A stretch of 64,000 nucleotides of DNA. Origin: Amphiscolops sp. MND2022 (lineage: Eukaryota). The notes beneath the pieces were generated by a model that was not told the DNA's origin, searched no databases, and saw only the letters and a program-made list of their open reading frames with translations. The DNA lies in NCBI GenBank assembly GCA_964187785.1, contig OZ076409.1, positions 86,120,001 through 86,184,000 of the forward strand, given 5' to 3'. Numbering within the stretch: the stretch's first letter is position 1; every line of letters starts with the position of its first letter. Positions 38,019 to 51,180 of this stretch are shown here, one piece after another. Made by a program: the position numbers and the translations under genes.

Positions 38019-38899
38019 TAACAATTAATCAGCAAAAGCTGCCAAAAGTTGATGATTGCTACCTAGTTTTCAGTTTTGTGATAGTATTAGCACTTTGTTT
38101 GAGAAAAATTTAGTAATTTCATCAGTGTATGCGTTAATTGACAACGTTATCTTATATTTCTATTGATGGCTCCAGGTTTACCATACTCTGGACTAAATTA
38201 GGTCCAGTCTAAAATGAGCCTGTAATGTTCAATGAAACCATGTTGATCATAATATGGGCCATTTTTGGAAACAGGTTAATCATATATGGTCCAGAGTATG
38301 ATCAGCCTGGAACCATAAACCTATTTGATCTAATGAAAGACCAGCCTGGAATCCACCTTCCTTTATTATGGCAGAGTATGATCAACCTATTTTGTAGGGA
38401 AACCCGGGTGAATCTAAAGGGAGGGACCAGAAGAACAGAAAAGTTCTACAGCAACCCACAATCTAACTAGATAACGATTCGAATATTTCTCCCAAAACAC
38501 GACCTGACGTGCTGACCAGTACACTACTGCTCCGATATCTGCGCAGTCCGTCTGAATCTGGGAAAACATCTCGTCGAAAACAACTCGTCGAAAACAACTC
38601 ATCTGAAACGACTCGTCGTGAACAGCTCGGCGAAAACAACTGGTCGGAAATACTAGGTGGAAAACTCGTCACAATAATAGAAAATCATATCAACCATATA
38701 TGGAGCCAACTTTATGATCCTACTGTCACGAAGTTCTACGTTATAATCAAGTATTGCATTGCAAACTATAAAAAACGCATGTCCTGCGAGCTATTTTCAA
38801 ATGTAATGAATTGCTCCGCAATAACTTGATATCTGGCTTTTGATCTCAATTCAGGCACATATAGTCCCGATGATTTAGAACTTTTTTTGAATTTTCTTC

Positions 38900-40000
38900 C
38901 TAAAATCACATGAAAACGGAATCCATTTTAGATGAATAAATGATTTGATCTACGAATTAATTCTGTTTGCTTTCAATTCAGGTTTTTAACATCAGAGAAT
39001 TTTTTGCTGTCAAGATAAGTTGACTCAGTTGATCCTTGACTGTGTTTAATATAAGTGAATGATGTTCATGGTTTAACCTTCAATAATCCTAATTTGTCAA
39101 AAGGATAAAAGGGTTCAAAGAGTTGTTGTATTTAAACATGGCCGCTAAAAATGGAACCTGAACTAGGAATCCGTTCGGAACTAACACTTGCCGCGAGCGA
39201 CTGGCTTCGCAGCCACAATATTCTTTGGTCGCCTAATTTTGAATTGCTCAGGTTGTCGAATCCATCTGTTTGTAGTTTTGCATTATGCACCGGTTTAATT
39301 TGATTCGCATGTCTGTTCCTGGATGAAATTCCGATCAAATGCACGCCAAAAGAAAACGATTGATTTTCAAACGCTTCCAAAGACGTAACATAAAACACTT
39401 CAAACGCAGCCCAAAACGTCACAAAATTTGTTCATGGGGTGATTAAGTCTGTTCCAACAAAATGCCCGGGAAAATGCTTTATTAAAATAGAAACATGGCG
39501 AACTGAAAAGAAATGAATTCTTATTCCGTGTTTGCCTGCAAAGAAACAGGATATTGATAAAACGCCGTTTGATTAGGCCTATGAAGTCAATCAGAAACAT
39601 CAAAGCCGGAAAAAACAACAGCATTGCTTTTGTTGTAGAGCCTTGAAACATCCAGTCTTGATGTCTTTAGCCTGAGCAGCGCAATGATCATAGGAACATT
39701 GGTTGCTTTATTCAATTCCCTGTCATTCCACATAGCCTACAGATTGTTGTCGTTAGTTCCACTGCAATTCCTTTGTAGGAATTAGCATCTTTGTAGTATA
39801 GACTCCAAAAAACCTCGATTTCAGGCCTAGGGAACCACGCTATGAAGCTTAGCGACAAAATTTCAGCCCCCATTTTCTGTGCAATGTTGTACTGCAAATG
39901 TTCTGAAGGTCCCGTCTTCAAATTCGACTGTCTGTAAATCTTCTTAGAAACGTGGTTATATCATGAGACAATGACCTGTCAAAATATTTGGTTTGCGGGA
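38900..40000 (-). mobile_element. Possible ancient LINE RT remnant
   Basis: Faint, correctly ordered echoes of RT motifs (VFYVTSLEAFE for YLDFSKAFD; IPSSGSIF for PQGSIL); heavily decayed. Confidence 0.25.
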
Positions 40001-41679
40001 AGTTTTTTTTTGAAGTATATAGGGCGTTCGGAAACCAGTAACTGTTGATCAATCGCGGGAATCTAAGAATTTAAAGTTTAAAGATTATTTCAGTAATTAA
40101 GATTTCTCAGCTAAGAAAGCCAATGGCAATTGAGTGTCTGACCCCAATGTCTTCCATTTGAACCAGAAACCTTGATTTCGAGCCCCCGTAAATATCGATC
40201 TCTGGGTAAAAAATATTGCAGGCATCCTAACTTCAAAACAAGTTCTGTGGCGAAATTAAATTATTGTTTTGGATCCTAAAAAAATCCGGATTACCATGCG
40301 TTTTGGTCTAGTTCAAACATTCCTCCGAAAAGTTCAATTCAGGGATGGAATTTCGAGAACTCAAAATCAACCCAAACTAAATATGTAATAGTTTGAAGAG
40401 TAAGAAATCTGACTAGAAACTGTTGATAAACTGTTGCTATTTTTATTTTTATTTACCAACAACAATTTAGTGCTGCATTAAAAGTTCGTTATCATTAATG
40501 TATGTTTAGAGCTACAGTTAACATTATCGTTTTATCTCGTTTTCCTACAAGCAGAATATAATATAGTTAGTTTTTGTTCTTAAAGTAATCCGTTACAATG
40601 CCAATTGAATGATTTAAAAAATTCAGTTTTCCTGGTGTTTTTGATGTCTTTTTCCCCAAATCTATAACAGAGCCTTGAACGAAACTCAAGATGTTTTCAC
40701 GAAAAAGCAGATGTCAGAATGAAATTTTTTCATCGCCAAGTAGCTGCCCAATTCACTCGCATTCCTATGAAAGGAAACGAAATTCTTGTCGGCAGAATTG
40801 TTTGAACTATGTAAAAGTCGGTGTACTCTTAACTGTCTCTGCCAATGGATGGGCTTTCATGCTTCATGGAATGATTGACACGAACTAAAGTGGGCTGTTA
40901 GCTGTTCAACAATTGATGTGATCAAATTCAATCAGGGCAGATCAAATTGAAGTGAATGAAAAAGAACGAACCCATTTGGGTCGTAATCCTAGCTCCAAGT
41001 AGAAAAGCAAGATCTCAATTCCAGCAAGGATAGTCTTATAGCGGCACGTTGCCTCTAACACCAAATAATCCACTGCCTAATTCATTGTTTCATTTAATAT
41101 GATTAATTTATTTTAGTACATTGTAATTGCTTTCAGGTTTCTGCATGATTTGGTTGCCAAGTGAAACTCATTTTCTGCTTCTAAGAAAATCATTTGATTT
41201 TTTTTTTCAAACACCTGAGTTTTTTTCTGTATCACACTGTCTACAGGCAGAGCTAACCGTGACCAAAACATCAGGATGTTTTCTATTTTTAGTCGAAGTT
41301 AGTTACGACGAAATCGCCCGACTATTGCAGCCACTTCTTTTTTAAAGACAGACACGAATCTAAACTGACAGGGCGGTTTATAAAGTTAGCATATTGGTAA
41401 GTGAGCATTGGCTTCCGGCGCAGAAAAACAAATTCAAATACCGCTAGGATCTGAAATTTTCAAAACATTTTCACCTGGATGTAAGGGACCGAAGAATCCC
41501 CGTTCAGATATTTTTTTCAACTCTGAGTAACATTGTTTATAATTTCGGCAACAGGTCCACTATCAATTTTTTGAGGATTTAGATTGCGAGAAAAACTTCC
41601 ATTGCGCACATAGGTCCCGCTTCTCACATTAGATTTTTTTTCAGATTGTATCTGAAACCGCAACTGAGCAAGTTTAGAA

Positions 41680-42053
41680 CCCGGATCCGAAATCGATAGT
41701 AACAACAATTTTCCTAATTTTCATAGGGATCTTTTTGAAAACAAAACACCAGTACAATCACTTTAGTTTCGTACATCTCCATTTCGAACTGTTGGTGACA
41801 GTTGTAAAATCAATTTATTGCTGAAACCAAGCCACTCTGTCTGTTTCTGTGATCATCGGAACAAACGGTGACCGGTCAGTCCTAGCTTCACTCATTACTA
41901 CTGCGACGTTGCATGATTGATTTCATGAATCCATGCAAATCCAAGCGTGGAACCATAAAGTCCTGTACAATTCCACGCATAGAAATATCAGGACTTTATC
42001 GTATGCACCCACGTGTTCCCATGCATGGAATCGCATGATGCGTTGGATCCGGG
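41680..42053. mobile_element. Small MITE with CCCGGATCC termini
   Basis: CCCGGATCCGAA...TTGGATCCGGG; CATGCATGG/GGAACCATA motifs also at about 28370-28740 and 30370-30593. Confidence 0.45.
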
Positions 42054-44509
42054 AGCCTTAAGCTGGACGATGACTTTGGAACCTCAATTCTTTGATTCCT
42101 TTGTTCAGATATAAACTTGTACATAAACAGCATTGTCATTTCTCAATCTCCTTTTTCAAGGATAGCCTCATAGTTTTTTAAATAATGTTTTAGGTTCCAG
42201 AAAATTTTTTATAGCCTTGGAGGTTTCTTATTCTAGTCTTTCATCGGCGTTCTACAACTTCTTGAACTTGTTTTTATTCAATTAGTCTCTCATGGCGCAA
42301 TTAACCAGTTTCGAACTTCTGTATTTTTTCGAATTGAACAATAAATTTACCGTCTTCTATTACATTACCTATTTCAATGGTAAATGCGCTCTTACAATTT
42401 ATGATTGACGTTGTATACAACTTTTTTTAGATCTTTTCTGATCTATACCGAATTGTTCTAGGTATTACTGGAAAGATTGTTGGGTTCGACTCTGACCAGT
42501 GTCAAACTTTTGAATCTTTTCAATTTGAACAATATTTTTACCGTTTTCGGAAGTAACGTATTAAAAAAACGCAAATAATCCGGTTTTCTTACGTTACATT
42601 CGTTCAAGTTCACGTTTCGCTTTAAAGGGGTTCGTCTTTGACCAGCGTCGACTTTTGCTTTGTTTCAAATCGAACAACAAAATAACCATTTTGTGTTATA
42701 ATATATAACAATAAAAAAGCCTTATGTCCGAATTGTTAACGTCATTCCGGAAATACATTGAATTTTGCTAGGATGAAGACATAGGAAATATTTTTTCCCA
42801 AATAGCTATTATCCGACTTTATTTGCATATTCAATTGAACTAGTTTTCAGATATGAAAAATCTTTTTTAGTTCAAAGTTTTCCGATACAATAAAAATCAA
42901 ATAATTGAGCCTTAAAGGTGTTAGATTTTTGTAAAGGCGTATAAGCAGAATGAGCGAAAAGTATCAATTCACGGCGATCGATCTCGAAATAGGAGAAAAT
43001 TAAAATTACAGGGAAAATTTTGTGAGACAGCAAAATTCCTCAACGCATTCAAATTATTCACCGACAGGTTTTACAGAACGAGAAAAGATTATAGAAAATT
43101 GAATCAATTGCGCAATTTCATTGTCAGAGGTCACATAATTGATCCAATATTTCGAAACTGTTTGCTGTTTTTCCTCGTAAAATCTTATTACTCCACGTGA
43201 CATTCATTACTTTTGGGATTCCACCCAATTTCGAAATGTTGCCAGGAATTCTGTTATCGGTCATAAAGGCATTAGACGTTGAACCTGGTCTATTTCTGAA
43301 TAATGGCTGCGATACGCCATTTATCATAAATCTTCACCAGGGGCAAAATTACAACAGAAATTGACAGAGGGTTCTAATCCTTTACATGAACCGATCCTTT
43401 CCATAATCCTACCCAGATTTCCCCGCCAACGCGACCTTTTGCAGGCCTTCCAATTGCAAAAACCCGTTGCAATAACGGTAGATCTTGAACTATGTTTGAG
43501 GCTATGAATATACCTGGTTGCCCATTTGTCGCAACTTATAGATGAAAATCAGTTTTCTTCTAAATCAAGAATTAGAAAGTCACTTGACGTGAATTACTGC
43601 CACAATTGGGATAAACGGCGGAAATCCTGGAAGATAGACTGAGGGAGAAAATCCCTAGTACTTGCAAGGAAAAACAAGCGGATAAGTTGCAATATAGATA
43701 ACATTAAGATAATGTCGTCAGGCAATCTTGATTACTTATTGACGGGGTGCCCTCGATTAGAGTGCCATGTAGCCATTGAATTTTGACAACCAGGAGAGAA
43801 CTAATCCTGGGCCAAAACCTATGTTTTTCCGACAGGCGCACAATTAAGATGGCTTGAGATGACAAGTCTCAAAATGCAGATGATTTAATCGTTTGACTGG
43901 GAAGTCAGCGGGGCGCAGTGTTTTATGAAAGTTCGTAAACAAACCTAGATATATGTCACTCAATTGAAAGTTTTCGTTTAGTTGTGAGATTTCCAAAATT
44001 CAGCATTTGGGCGACTTTAATGTAAGTTTACGTTACATTCGTCATATTAGTTTCTTCTAACTCTGCAAAATTGCAAATTGTTTCAGCAAAAAATGTTTCA
44101 AAATGCCAAAAAAAATATCAAAAATAAGTGTTTTTACACAATGAAGTGAAGTGTAACAATTGCGTTGCAAACTGACAAACAATTTCGGGAGTTTCAACTG
44201 GAGAAATCATTGCGACTTTGGTCAGCTTCGAGCAATTTCTAATATAATTTGGAGGTGTCATAAACTTTCCCCGTTGCGACATGTTGTTCAGAACCCAAGA
44301 AAGTAAATGACAAAAACTTCAAAGGTTGAAATGTTTCATTATTCAAAACAAATAGCCGTCAGGTCTGAAACAAGGTAATTTACGTGAGGTTTCAGACAGG
44401 GGTGACATTTTCTGAACATTTCATCAAGGTTACCAAAGTCCAGTATGATTTCCAGGGCTCTTTAGTATACAAGCAAACAGTGAATGAACCATAAATATTT
44501 CGAGGTCAG

Positions 44510-45215
44510 AACAAGTCGGAAACGGTCCAAGTTGGCGATCCGCTCAAGGTTCAATATTTTTAAACAAGCAAAGGGCCATTAATGTAAAAATTTTATCAAA
44601 TTTGCAGTGCCAAAAATTCCCGAAGGGATACCCATAAGAATCGAAAACCGCTTTCTCCAAAGCTGGAAAATGGAGAAACATCCTATTGAAAAAATCAAAA
44701 AAATTCTTCCGGAAAAAGTTCATTGTGCCGAAAAAAAGCTTCAAGCTCACAAAACGCTTTTTCAAGCGAAAAACGTTTATGAAAGTGAAGAATTGGCCAA
44801 ATCTAAAAACCAAAACTTGCGTGGAAATGTTTTTTCAAGTCCTTCGGTATATCGCATAGTGCCGAAAAAACGTAAAAGGGTCCTCGATGCTCGCAAAATT
44901 GTTTCTGCGAAAAATTGAGGGAAGGGACTTCGGAATAAAGTAAGAAAAACGTCGCACAGTACCAAAACAACAAGGAGGCCTTTGGTCTTCCCTCCATCTT
45001 TGCAAGTATTTAAAAATTTGGCTTAATGCGGGACTCGAACCCCAAAACTTTTGCTTCTCAAGCCCGTACTTGCTTTACAGCCACGTACTTATCTTCTACG
45101 CCAAGTGGTAATGTCGATCTCAAGTTGAAATATATGAAAATGTATAAACGTGGACGTTACAGGGTGACTGACGACATAATTATGCAACTCTAAGAGTCTT
45201 GTCGACTGAAAAGAC
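44510..45215 (+). mobile_element. Helentron/DINE-like element, diverged copy
   Basis: AACAAGTCGGAAACGGTCCAAGTTGGCG start; CGCATAGTGCCGAAAAAA repeats; GGACTCGAACCC box. Confidence 0.6.
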
Positions 45216-45796
45216 CTATTGGGCAATATTTCAAAATTTCAAATATATTTGAAATCGATGTGGAATTAATTATTGGAAGTTTTTCATGTTAGACCTTTTC
45301 TCGTCACCAAACCTATATGTCAAAGTCTGATGAAAAAAATGGACCCGTGATTCGAAACAGAGAAGGCATTTGAGGTTGTTAGTAATCTGCATCTGTGAAT
45401 GAAACAGCAGTGTGCTTGAAACACAGAAAAACTGAAGCAAATTCAATCCGAAACTGGCTCAGAAATGAGAGTGTTGATGCGTGAAAAAAATCGAATCAGT
45501 CGAGCCCAAAAAGTGAGTTGAAACATTCAAGCATTGGAGAAAAAATTTAAACAAACCAATAAACATTATATTTCGTACACGTGTTGTAAATATTCCGATC
45601 AATTTTTTCGATTTGAATAATTATCGGTTTTTTTAACAAACAACCTACACCGTTAACAATTTAATATGATTTTTACCAGAAATGCCAAGTTTACAGTTTG
45701 ATTGGTTTTCAATTCAGAGTTTGTAGGTGTGAAAATACTAAATTGGATATTACCACTGAGGCATTCTGTTGACTTAAATTAGGTTCAATTAGAGGC

Positions 45797-46315
45797 AACA
45801 AGAGGGGAACGTCTAAAGTCGGCGCTCTATCTAAGGCTCAAAAAAGCGCATTTTTTTTGAAATTTGTTAAGGGGGGGAGGGACCCTTTCGACTTTTTGAA
45901 AATCCAGTCTATTGCAAAATATCAAAAAGTTGAGGGAGGACCCTTTGGAGACATTTAAAAAATTAAAAAATTTTCGAAAAAAAAACGAAAAATGAGATTC
46001 TTGAAACAGTCTCATAGTGCCGAAAAACTAGAAAGGGGGGACCCTTTGGCGACAAAAAAAATTCGAAAAAAAAGTCGCACAGTGCCGAAAAAAATGAAAG
46101 AGTCGCACAGTGCCGAAAAAAATTGCTCGAAAAAGTTTCTGGCTAAAGCAAGGACTCGAACCCGTGACCGTAAACCGAGTACTGACGAGTACATGTGAGC
46201 GAGAGTGAAGTCTGTAAAAAGTGGTACATACGCGATGAGGTCTGTGGTCTGACGAAAAAAAAACTAGCCACTCTAAGAGTCGAGCACTTTTCCCTAGAAA
46301 AGCGCCGACTAAAAA
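45797..46315 (+). mobile_element. Helentron/DINE-like element, complete short copy
   Basis: AACAAGAGGGGAACGTCTAAAGTCGGCGC ... AGTCGAGCAC..AAAAGCGCCGACTAAAAA. Confidence 0.72.
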
Positions 46316-47149
46316 CAGTTCAACTCAAACATTAACGAGGCGCTTCGCATTCGGGCGATTTCGATTGGGAGCACTTATGACTGAATAAAGTATGCGCTAT
46401 TGACTGACCTATTGACTGACCTGAAGCGTTTTTCTCTGGAGAACTTTTGACTGTACACGCAACAGCCTCCTACTCACTGATCCTTTTAAAAAAATTACTT
46501 TTCTCCGCCAATTGTCGTTTTTGTCATAACCATACTACCGAGCAAAGGATTGCTTCAATACCAAACTTTTGCGTTATCATAAGTTGTTTTTCAAAGTTAC
46601 TTTTACAAACTTCGAAGTCTCCTTCCGATCAAAAAGCAGCAAGTATCCTAAAAATGCTCGATTTCATCGTCGTCAATTGCAAGTGCGATACTTGATGTTT
46701 TTTTTACCTTACTCATTTGAATGAGTTATTTCTCAGGAAATAGTTTTTTGCTGCAATAAACTTCAAAATAGGTTATAGTAATGATGTCGTCATGTTTCAA
46801 AAGGAGCTCTAGCTGATTATAAGCAGTTTTCCAATTGATTGAATCGATGTCTGGATGTTCACACATTAGGTTAAGCAGGAAAAGGAAACGATTGTCACTT
46901 TCCGTCCATATTTCATATGGGAAAGGAAAATATTTAAATCAAACGGGTTTTTTTACGAAATTTGTCAAGCACCAAATTTATATTTAACTTTAAGGGTATT
47001 ACCCATAGAATTCAATTCACATAAACTTAGCTTCGTGCGATATGTAGTTGTGGAGATTTCTGGACGTTTTTTAGTTGACCCCAAGGACCCCAGAAGGACC
47101 CAAAAAAGAGAAAATTTCCAATTTTTCGCGTTTTAAGGCAGTTTTTGTC

Positions 47150-48480
47150 AATTTTTTTTTAAGGATATCGTAAATTAGAATGTTGAAAACGTTCAACAAG
47201 GCACAAACTTGTTGTCCAATAGTTTTCTGTGAAGAGAAAATGGCTGTTTTCTAGAAGAAAAAGATCTCATTGACACCGAAAATGACAAAAAACCAAACAT
47301 TTTCAGGTTTTTAACGTTTTTATGCAATTTTTGTCAAATTTTCGAGAGACTTCGTGGACTATAATGTAGAAAACGCTCAACATGGCAGTACTTCATTGTC
47401 CAGTAGGCGTTTCCGAAGCGATATTCAATGTTTTTCAATTAACAAAATCTCAAATTGACACCGAAAGTGACAAACTCCCAAAAGTTTCAATTTTTCAACG
47501 TTTTTACGCATTTTACGTAAGAGTTTTGACAGACTTCGTGAATTGAAATGTTTTAAACGGTAAACAAGGCACAGCTTGGTTGTCCAGTAGTTTTTTCGAA
47601 GAGTTTATTGCGTTTTTCTAAATGAAAATGTCTCAAATCGGCACCGAAAATGGCAAGAATCCCAAAAATTTTCCTGTTTTCAAAAAACCCAAAACTTTCC
47701 GGCTTTCGAAGTTTTTATGCATTTTTGTTAACGTTTCGACAGACGTCGTGGATTGGAATGTTTCAAAGGGTCCACGAGGAGAGGGTTGGTTGTCCAGTAG
47801 TCTTTTATGTGGAGATGATTGCAATGATCAGGATGAAAATGTCTCAAATTGACACCGAAAATGACAAAAATCCCGAAATTTTCCTATTTTCAAACATTTT
47901 ACGCACTCTTCCAAAAATTTCGACAAACTTCGTCAATTGTAACATTGAAACGGGTCAACAAGGAAAGAATGTGTTGTCAACTTTGCTTAGAAAAGAGATG
48001 AATGCAGTTTTTCAAACGAAAACTGTTCAGAATTGACATCGAAAAAGACAAACTTTCGAAAGTTCTCCTATTTTCACTTTTTCTGTTCAAGTTTTGTCAA
48101 ACTCCCGATAAATTTCGTAGACTAAATTGTTAAAACGCCTATGGCATGAGCAAATGTGTTGTTTCGGTGAGATTTTGACTCGAGTTAAGTTCAATTTGTA
48201 AAATAACACAAAATGATCCTGAATGGTCGAAAAAAATTTTTATGGTCGAAAAAAGTTTTTATCGTTTTTGATGCAATTTTTGCACAACTTCCGAGAGATT
48301 TCATTATAAGTTCCATTACAGTCAACTTGACAACAAAAAAGTTTAGGATTACAGTTTTCCAAGAGAAGGTTGCAGCGTTTTGGTCCAAAGCAGTCGAAAA
48401 AGTTCAACAAAATCGTTTTCTATCAACTTGTGTACTTTTTGAATCGTTTTGTTGTCAGAATGTTGGCAAACGTTCAACAA
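47150..48480. repeat. Degenerate tandem repeat, unit about 185 bp
   Basis: TTGACACCGAAAATGACAA-like motif recurs at about 47270, 47456, 47640, 47849 and 48033, with GACTTCGTG and TTGTCCAGTAG motifs between. Confidence 0.75.
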
Positions 48481-50671
48481 AGACTTAACTCATAACCCAG
48501 TAGCCTTTTAGAGCAGTATTTGAAGACTTCAGTTGGAAAATGGCTCAAAATTTACCGCAAAAATTTGGAAATTTTCGAATTTTTTCTCCATTTCTGATAT
48601 TTCCAGTGAATTTTTATTTGAGATTGAAAAATTTCGAATAAAAAAACTCCGAAATCTCCAGATGATAAACTACGTCCGAACCGAAGCACATGTTTTATTC
48701 AAACGCCTAATTTATTGTCAAAAGTTTCCTCAGTATGACCCAAATATCAGAAAAACAAAATTTTCGAGACTTTTTTACAGTTTAGGCCGTTTTTGTACAG
48801 TTTTTGAGCTGCTTCCTTGCATAGAATGGTTTTAAAAAACTCAACATTGACTAATCCCGGTGTCTCCAGTAGGCAATTTTGAAAAGATATCAGCAATTTT
48901 TTGTTGGAATTGACCTCAAAAACTCCCAAAAATCCATGGAACAACAAAAAAGCACGTTGTTTGAGAAACTAATCCCAATTATTGTTCAAACCACGAAAAT
49001 TTTTGAACAATAGAACTTCGAATGACCTGAGCGTTGAAAAAATAGGATATTCAAATCGCAATTGGGGTAACACGTGGGACGAAGTTCATCGAGTTTACTT
49101 CAAAGGTATCAATGTTTCCGAAGAACAGCGAACGAATGCGTTATTCAAATGGTCTTTTGAAGGTTTCACGTGCAATTTCACGTTAGATAAGAGTCTCAAA
49201 CTGACCCCAAAAAATTGTTGTTTGCCAAATTAGTTAACTTTTATTGAAATATCGTAATATTCAAAAAGTTTAATAGGCGTGCAGAATGTTCAAAAAAAGA
49301 AATTAACATTTTGTATGTAAAAAGTTCGTCAAAACTACATGAAATTTATGAAAAATCCTTTTGTTTTTAAATTGTAGATATAATTTTTGGTAAACTTTTC
49401 GAGCAATTTTGTAATTCAAGAACTACTATACACGTCATCGAATAGGCATTTTATAAAAAGACATCCACAGTTTCTTGGGAAAATTGTTCAAATGACTGCA
49501 AAGTTGACGGAAGAGCAATACTTTCCAAATTTTGACGTTTTTGGCAACTTCGCGCAAAATTGTTTTAAAATGAGTGGTTAGGGTTTGATACACCCCCAAG
49601 CCGACAAAAACAAATAGGTCTTTCGTGTGTTCTTGAAATGCTTCCTTCTGAAATGGGATGACATTATTCAAAAAGTGTCGAACCTTTTTTCATTATTTAT
49701 GCGTTTTCATAGTGCAATGGCTACTCTTGAGTCTCAAAAATATGTCATTGCTAGAACAGTTTGGACGGAAAATATCCTGCTGGTCAGCGGGCGTCTTGTT
49801 GATTAATAGCGTGAATCAACGTTTCCATAGTCGCTTAAACCATCTTGTTTCATGAATTTTTATCCACTCTGTTATTAGTTTAAATGTAATTGCTCTAAGT
49901 GGCTCGACTCAAACTAGTAACATTAATAACTTCAAGGAATCTGTACCGCTATTTTGTGCTCCTATGTAATGTAAGAGAAGAATCCCATCTGGTTCACTTA
50001 TGCAACATCCGGTTTCAATAGTCACCAGGTACGAATAGGACCATATAAATTAGCTATCAGGCGCTATATTCTGTCTCAGACACTCGGCAGGAGACAACTT
50101 GGATTTAGGTTAGTTTTGACGTCGGATATTTGCAAAAAAATTCAGTACAAACGACCCCTAAATCCTCCGGGAATTATTTTATATAATATTAATATACATT
50201 AAAGCCAGAGAGGTATTCAAAAAATTTAAAAACCAAAGAAGTTTATGAGTATGTAAAAACGAATGTTGTCCGTTAACTAAATCATTTCTTAAAACCAAAG
50301 TCTTCTGAGCATTGGAAAAATAGACGCCAAATGTATGAAACATGATCATCGCTCGTTGTTCGAACAATTAGTAGTTACTAGTTATATAAATGAATTCTTT
50401 CTTAGTTTTTGGAACTCGAAGTTAGTGACACGAAACTAGAATTTTTGAATGATGAATTCCATGATGTAAATCAACAAAAATTGTGCAATATGGTAAATGC
50501 TTTTGGGATCTTTTCTGTTAATTCCCCTAGTTTGACAATTTCACACTGAACAAATCCTAATTAAAAACCACTCAAACAGTTATTTTTGGCGATTTTTGGC
50601 AATGCTATTTTCTTAATCTAGTGATGACGTCATTGCATGGAATGAAAGTAGGAGAAAGTAAGGAAACTCAC

Positions 50672-50848
50672 AGTGGTAGGTGATCCGAATGCACATACTG
50701 CAATGACGAATAGCACGTTGAAGACAGCACTGCCGATGATGGTTCCAATGCCGACGTCCACCTCGTTCGAGAAGAGCATTCCTATTAAGGAAGTAAACAG
50801 CTCGGGTGCACTTCCTCCAGCTGCCATGAAAGTGGCACCTGCCACGTC
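50672..50848 (-). CDS. SLC24A: SLC24/NCKX exon, alpha-1 repeat
   Basis: gttctcag|GAC...ACT|gtgagt; 177 nt; [20 protein letters not shown]...[18 protein letters not shown]. Confidence 0.97.
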
Positions 50849-50945
50849 CTGAGAACAAAAGCAACTCCTAAACTGAATCTTTCTCGAATATAAAAAAGCT
50901 ATCCAGAAAAACAACTCGTCGAAAACAACTTGTCTAAATTAAAGG

Positions 50946-51180
50946 GCGGAAAATTGGTCGAATGTTAACTCGTCGAACAATAATTGAGTGCAAACTCGTC
51001 GAATCATTACAGATTACCCGCAGAGACTACCCAAAGCTAATTATGGATTAATTTTCCTTAATTGATGCGTGATATTACAGCCGAAATGCCCGTCCAAGTA
51101 TGAAAGTCAGAAGATATTTCAACTTAATCGGTTTGCGCTTAATTATTATTCGACGAGTTCATTTTCGACCAGTTTTCCGC
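50946..51180. mobile_element. Small MITE
   Basis: GCGGAAAATTGGTCGAA..AACTCGTCGAACAATAATT vs AATTATTATTCGACGAGTT..TTCGACCAGTTTTCCGC; the same AACTCGTCGAA repeats occur at about 38560-38670. Confidence 0.65.

Larger units (their letters stand above)
35723..38408. mobile_element. CCC...GGG MITE interrupted by the pogo element
   Basis: CCCGGCTTTCCCGACAAGGTTGATCATACT vs AGTATGATCAACCTATTTTGTAGGGAAACCCGGG; shared CATATATGGTCCAG repeats in both arms. Confidence 0.6.
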
